Source of the DNA: Candidatus Wukongarchaeum yapensis
GTDB taxonomy: Archaea > Asgardarchaeota > Wukongarchaeia > Wukongarchaeales > Wukongarchaeaceae
DNA: 8,775 nt
Assembly (NCBI GenBank): GCA_016840425.1
Contig: JAEOSI010000081.1
Location: 1 to 8,775 of the forward strand
Direction of reading: 5' to 3'
Below the pieces are notes generated by a model. The model saw only the letters and a list, made by a program, of their open reading frames with translations. It was not told where the DNA came from and searched no databases. Of this stretch, positions 6,978-8,775 are shown one piece after another; the first letter of the stretch is position 1, and each line of letters begins with the position of its first letter. The position numbers and the translations under genes were made by a program.

Positions 6978-7001
6978 TTTTTGGTTGTTTTTAGGGTTTT
7001 T
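6978..7001 (+). terminator. Putative oligo-T terminator for the peptidase/HEAT transcript
   Basis: TTTTTGGTTGTTTTTAGGGTTTTT in the convergent gap before the cdhD stop. Confidence 0.45.
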
Positions 7002-7006
7002 CCTAG

Positions 7007-8263
7007 TTAGAATTTTGCGTGGACCCAGTCTACTTGTTCCCTTGTTTCTGTAACTATTGTTAGTAGGTTTTGAACCGTTGATTTAAAGGCTTGTAGTGCT
7101 CCAGGATGCATCATTAGGAAGAGGTCACAGCCTGCTAAGGCTAGGGTTAGCGCGGTTGCTGTCTCCCAGAGTGGTCCTCTGAAGGCTCTTGGTCCCCATT
7201 GAGGCATTTTTTTCTCGCTTTTATTGGCTTCTCTTGCACCCCATGCGTTGGTTGTGCCTGCGCTCAGAGGCATTTGGAGAGCCTCATCTCCTCTAATAGC
7301 GCTAAGTCTTATCCTTTCATAGTTTGAAAAGGCATATTCGAGACCATACCCTAAAGCAGCGCATGTGGGATCTATTATTATTTGATTTTTTGGCATTTCC
7401 CTCTTAAGGAGGTTCGTGTTTAAAAGGCGGGCGTCGTTAACATTCATCTGTGTGAAGGCGATCACGTTGTGTCCATATTTTTTGGCTGCATCGACCACTT
7501 TTTTCCAGTCCATATCCAAGCTTACCGAATTTAGAAGAACTCTTTCTCCTTCCGCTACTTCCGCCGCCTTTGCTAGTACCTCTGGATCCTTGTCTTTATC
7601 CCCCGAACCCCCAACTATCACAGGCACATCCACTGCCTGTAATACCTCTTCTACGGTTTTTGCTGCTTCATTTACCGGCGTATCATTAATTAAAGGATCC
7701 GTGCTTATCAAGTGTATTGTTACAGCATTTGCTCCATATTCTACTGCCTTTCTAGCCCAATCAGCAGGACTCTCGTAAACATCTTCATATTTTTCACGAA
7801 CCGGCTGACTTAGAAAAGTTCCAGGAATGTCGAAAACATCTATCGCTATGGATGGAGGATTAGGGTTCTCATATTCAAACAAGTAAAAGGGCATCGTTTT
7901 TTCGCCGCCTATCGTTACCACGCTTTTCCTCGAGCCACCTGAACCCCTCTTAGCGCCTATTTGCACTTCCACAACCTCGCCTGGCCATTCAGTGATAGGG
8001 GGTATAAAAGTTGCAGAGAGAAGTTCTGTAGGTAAAACAAGCACTTCAGGAACTGCTTTAGCCACAGCTGCCGCCTGGGCAGAAGGCTGGACCATCGGCA
8101 CCATTGAGCCCGGCAAAATCTCAAACTCTAAAGCATCAGTCTCTATTATAACATTTTCAAGCTCTATTTCTCCCAACTGATCCGCCATAGCCATCAGTTG
8201 CTCTATAAGTTCCCGAATTCCCTTATCTTCCTTCTCACCTTCTTTTTCCTCATGTTCAACCAT
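7007..8263 (-). CDS. cdhD: Acetyl-CoA decarbonylase/synthase (ACDS) delta subunit (corrinoid Fe-S protein small subunit), archaeal long form
   Basis: IGGEKTMPFY, TIHLISTDP, IVGGSGDKDKDPEVL, GERVLLNS, IIIDPTCAALGYGLEY, ERIRLSAIRGDEALQMP, AWGAREA, RGPLWET, LMMHP; directly downstream of cdhC. Confidence 0.96.
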   Translation of the reverse strand: MVEHEEKEGEKEDKGIRELIEQLMAMADQLGEIELENVIIETDALEFEILPGSMVPMVQPSAQAAAVAKAVPEVLVLPTELLSATFIPPITEWPGEVVEVQIGAKRGSGGSRKSVVTIGGEKTMPFYLFEYENPNPPSIAIDVFDIPGTFLSQPVREKYEDVYESPADWARKAVEYGANAVTIHLISTDPLINDTPVNEAAKTVEEVLQAVDVPVIVGGSGDKDKDPEVLAKAAEVAEGERVLLNSVSLDMDWKKVVDAAKKYGHNVIAFTQMNVNDARLLNTNLLKREMPKNQIIIDPTCAALGYGLEYAFSNYERIRLSAIRGDEALQMPLSAGTTNAWGAREANKSEKKMPQWGPRAFRGPLWETATALTLALAGCDLFLMMHPGALQAFKSTVQNLLTIVTETREQVDWVHAKF

Positions 8264-8288
8264 TATTCATACACGCTCTCCAAAGTTT

Positions 8289-8774
8289 TTATTTGCCCTT
8301 TTCCATCTTCCTAATTATCACTTTTTCAGCGTAAATTTTCGCACCTTTCAAAACTATCTTAACCCCACCACCAATGCCAGGCAACAAAGTTCCACCAGGC
8401 AAAGTTATAGTACCCGCCTCTATGGTAGGCGTTAAGGAAGGTGCAACCATACCTCCTACTTCTACTTCCGCAGCCTCTGCAGGTATCTCTTCTTCTACCC
8501 ATCGTTCGACCACTGGATGATTAGCATTTCTCAGGAAATTTTCCAGATCTTCGAGTGTCTCTACATCTTCTTCTGTAGCTATTTTCTCTGTCATGCCGTC
8601 TAAAGCATCCATAACCCTGTCTTTTACAAATTGCGGCATCCACACTACTCTGTCTAATCCCCCCTCTTTTTCTAAAAACTTGTAAGATCTTATGTATTCA
8701 ATAGCCATGCCTACAAAACCGTTTACCTGCGCTCCTCCTCCCACTTGAGACGAAAGTTCTGCAAAAGTTAAACC
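8289..8774 (-). CDS. cdhC: ACDS beta subunit (acetyl-CoA synthase), C-terminal part; 5'-partial
   Basis: Frame open to the window edge: GLTFAELSSQVGGGAQVNGFVGMAIEYIRSYKFLEKEGGLDRVVWMP, KIATEED, FLRNANHPVVERW, acidic linker, and terminal KIVLKGAKIYAEKVII, all typical of archaeal CdhC. Confidence 0.93.
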   Translation of the reverse strand, partial: GLTFAELSSQVGGGAQVNGFVGMAIEYIRSYKFLEKEGGLDRVVWMPQFVKDRVMDALDGMTEKIATEEDVETLEDLENFLRNANHPVVERWVEEEIPAEAAEVEVGGMVAPSLTPTIEAGTITLPGGTLLPGIGGGVKIVLKGAKIYAEKVIIRKMEKGK

Positions 8775-8775
8775 G

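Noticed and set aside
4348-7001. TTTTTAGGAGTTTTT versus TTTTTAGGGTTTTT as att/target duplications flanking the peptidase-HEAT cassette
   Set aside because: Imperfect and low-complexity; each copy has a simpler explanation (hairpin arm, terminator).
6646-8180. Short ORFs 6646-6939(-), 7416-7778(+), 7992-8180(+)
   Set aside because: Antisense to the HEAT gene or cdhD; Ser/Thr/Phe-rich composition typical of shadow frames.

Overview
Archaeal-looking chromosomal window (archaeal-type cdhC/cdhD, TATA/BRE-like promoter motifs, oligo-T terminators); the taxon cannot be fixed from sequence alone. Left to right: 3' part of a class II HMG-CoA reductase (+, truncated by the window edge); a minus-strand run of malic enzyme, protein-L-isoaspartate methyltransferase (pcm) and an EamA/DMT transporter; a 400-bp AT-rich divergent control region with several repeat motifs; a plus-strand S9 peptidase and a PBS/HEAT-repeat protein; then the end of a Wood-Ljungdahl ACDS cluster (cdhC partial, cdhD) with no cdhE after cdhD. 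No rRNA, tRNA, CRISPR array, transposase or integrase was seen. Most notable unexplained signals: (1) the only two canonical G-quadruplex motifs I found lie on the mRNA strand at the 5' ends of consecutive genes (pcm, EamA); (2) the peptidase has Arg codon usage unlike its neighbours and the peptidase/HEAT pair interrupts an otherwise co-directional run; (3) a 16-bp-period AACTACA triple repeat and an AGATT/AATCT array in the divergent promoter region; (4) an orphan strong Shine-Dalgarno plus ATG after the HEAT gene.
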